Positions 39,497 to 41,553 of a stretch of DNA of 41,553 bases are shown one piece after another (the first letter of the stretch is position 1; the number at the start of each line of letters is the position of its first letter). This DNA comes from Octopus bimaculoides (lineage: Eukaryota). The notes below the pieces were generated by a model. The model was not told where the DNA came from, ran no database searches, and saw only the letters and a program-made list of their open reading frames with translations. The DNA lies in contig NC_068995.1 of assembly GCF_001194135.2 (NCBI RefSeq), positions 38,259,572 through 38,301,124 of the forward strand, given 5' to 3'. The position numbers and the translations under genes are program-made.

Positions 39497-40012
39497 CTGT
39501 GTGCAGCATAATTAACGTCCTTTTTTTATTTAGTAATTTTCCTTGTACAATATTTTCGTGTATTTAGTAATTTCTTATTGTACAAAAAATTATTAGAGTA
39601 GTAAAAGAAACGAAAAAAAGAACAGATAAAAATAAATTGCAGTATGCTCCATCAAAATCATAATTCATAATTGGAAAATTTAATTAACATGTTCAAAACG
39701 CTCCCCTTCGTTTTCAGCACAATGCTGAACACTACAAGCAACACTTCTACAAACCTTTTTACACATTTCCACGTTAATTGCAGAACATTTATCAGAAGTT
39801 GCTTGTTTTAATTCTTGAATTGATTTCGGTTTCAGGGAGTAAAAATGATCTTTCAATACACCCACAAGAAAAAGCCAGATGGTGTTGGGTCTGATGATCG
39901 TGAAGACCACTTAATCTCTCCACGTTGTGCTATCCAGCTCACCACAAAATTAAGTTTTAACCATTCTTGAACGTTTTAACCATAGTGAGATGGTGCACCA
40001 TCTTGTTGAAAG
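39497..40012 (-). mobile_element. 3' half of a Tc1/mariner-superfamily element
   Basis: FQQDGAPSHY, WIAQRGEIKWSSRSSDPTPSGFFLWG (WP.RSPDLTP.DFFLWG-like), LKD..Y..KP..IQELK, EGERFEH. A TA-flanked end lies near 39497. Confidence 0.85.
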
Positions 40013-40070
40013 TAGAAAACTATAAAAATTGTACAAAAAAAAAAGGCCGTTACTTCGGCCGCAACCTGTA

Positions 40071-40295
40071 GAGTAATCCCTCACCATATCGCAGTTCACC
40101 TTTCGCTGTTTATTATCTAAGCCTGTCGTCCATTACTCTGTGGTGTGGTTTTGCATTTATAATAAAATAAATATATACAAATTATAAAAAAATTAAATAA
40201 AATATACAATAAAAGTACTGTTTCTACTACGCGAATTTTCACCTATTGCGTGGGGGCGGGGGAACGTAGCACCCGCGATAGTCGAGGGATTACTG
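40071..40295. mobile_element. pogo/Tigger-like MITE
   Basis: TIRs GAGTAATCCCTCACCATATCGC and (reverse complement) CAGTAATCCCTCGACTATCGC, with TA on both sides. Confidence 0.75.
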
Positions 40296-40425
40296 TAATT
40301 GTTAAAATTTACACGCCTGAATATATAATCCGCCATCGCATTGTTACAAATAGCATTCTTGTGTTTTGAGAAGTGATCGTCATTTCCAATCTGCTCTTCT
40401 TTTTCTTTCTCTTTTTGTCTGCCAG

Positions 40426-40529
40426 TATTTAAGATGTTAGATGTAGGTGCTGCAAGACGAATTTATGCCCGCTTAAAGATAGCCCTTATAGCTATATTTT
40501 CTACAAGTATTTCACAATCAAAACAGTAA
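40426..40529 (+). CDS. Candidate exon (phase 1: VFKMLDVGAARRIYARLKIALIAIFSTSISQSKQ*)
   Basis: Very strong polypyrimidine acceptor CTCTTCTTTTTCTTTCTCTTTTTGTCTGCCAG. Frame is open in phase 1. The donor or terminal status is unclear. Confidence 0.25.
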
Positions 40530-41017
40530 AGTTTTAATGTAAGTTATGTCGTAATCTTGAATTACCTAAGTAATTTTCAATTGCAGCAATTGAATTCCAC
40601 TTTTATTTGCAATGAATGAGTAGTAAGAACACGCATATAACTTCAAAACATCTTTGAATATTTTCAGTATAATTTTTGTTATTCTTACTTTTCACACATG
40701 TTAAGAGGAAATACAGTCTATATTTGAATGTTTCTTTTGGTGACTATACATTTACAATAATGCATTATCTTTCACTACTTTTGATATTGTTTTTTTTTGG
40801 GGTTTTTTTTTTGTCTGTAAAGAATACTAGAAAACCGTTTGGAAAGTCGATACTAAAGAAAGATTTTGAAGTATTTATATTTCCTAACAGGAAATATATT
40901 TTAGTAGTCCTCGAAGATATAATATACAATAAAGTAAATATAAGATATTTTAATTAATGTCTATCTACATGTATCTTTGTCTCCATAGCGCTTTCTCTCT
41001 CTCCTCTCTCTCTCTTG

Positions 41018-41054
<37 letters not shown>

Positions 41055-41149
41055 GCTATCTATCTATCTATCTATCTATCTATCTGTCTGTCTATCTATC
41101 TGTCTGTCTGTCTGTGTGTGTGTGTGTGTGTGTGCGTGCGTGTGAGTAT

Positions 41150-41543
41150 GTAGGTGTATGATGCGTAGCTGTGTGGCAAGAAGCTTGTTTGCCAACCACA
41201 TGTTTCCGGGTCCAGTATACCTGGGAACGTGACTTTTACTATAGCCTCACCTGCTCAAAGCATGCTGAGTGGATTTGATAGACGGAAACTTAAAGAAGCC
41301 CATCGTACTTACACACACACACACATATATATATATCCGTGTATTCATGTGTCTTTGTTTTTGTGTTTATTCTACCACAACACCGCTTAACAACCGGTAT
41401 TGGTGTGTTAACTTCCCCATGACATAGCTGTTCAGCATAAGAATGGGATAGAATAAGTAGTAGACTAAAAAGACCCTTCAAGGAGGTACTGCAGCATGGT
41501 CGCACTCAAATGACTGACACAATAAAAGAAAAGAATAAAAGAA
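41150..41543 (+). mobile_element. SINE (family of 4116)
   Basis: Homologous body (GATAGACGGAAACTTAAAGAAGCCC, GCAGCATGGTCGCA, AAATGACTGA) and an AAAAGAATAAAAG tail. Confidence 0.75.
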
Positions 41544-41553
41544 TATATATATA

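Overview
AT-rich eukaryotic scaffold DNA, dense in microsatellites and with many N gaps. The repeat families and the one clear gene suggest an octopus/cephalopod genome (inference). The only intact long CDS is a single-exon 388-aa Cys-loop (pentameric) ligand-gated ion channel subunit on the minus strand (35206->34040). It has a signal peptide, a C-x13-C loop, four TM helices and a cation-type GEK motif, but lacks the loop-C vicinal cysteines and the loop-A Tyr/loop-B Trp of the acetylcholine site. This matches the cephalopod chemotactile receptor (CR, atypical nAChR-like) family. The rest is mostly decayed mobile DNA: a Penelope-like RT, five type-I hammerhead-ribozyme-like motifs with palindromic stem III, an RTE LINE 3' end with an inverted 5' part, several Tc1/mariner remnants and MITEs, tRNA-derived SINEs, and three inverted repeats. 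A few plus-strand candidate exons suggest the channel gene may sit antisense inside an intron of an unidentified host gene. All motif calls were made by eye; no searches were run.
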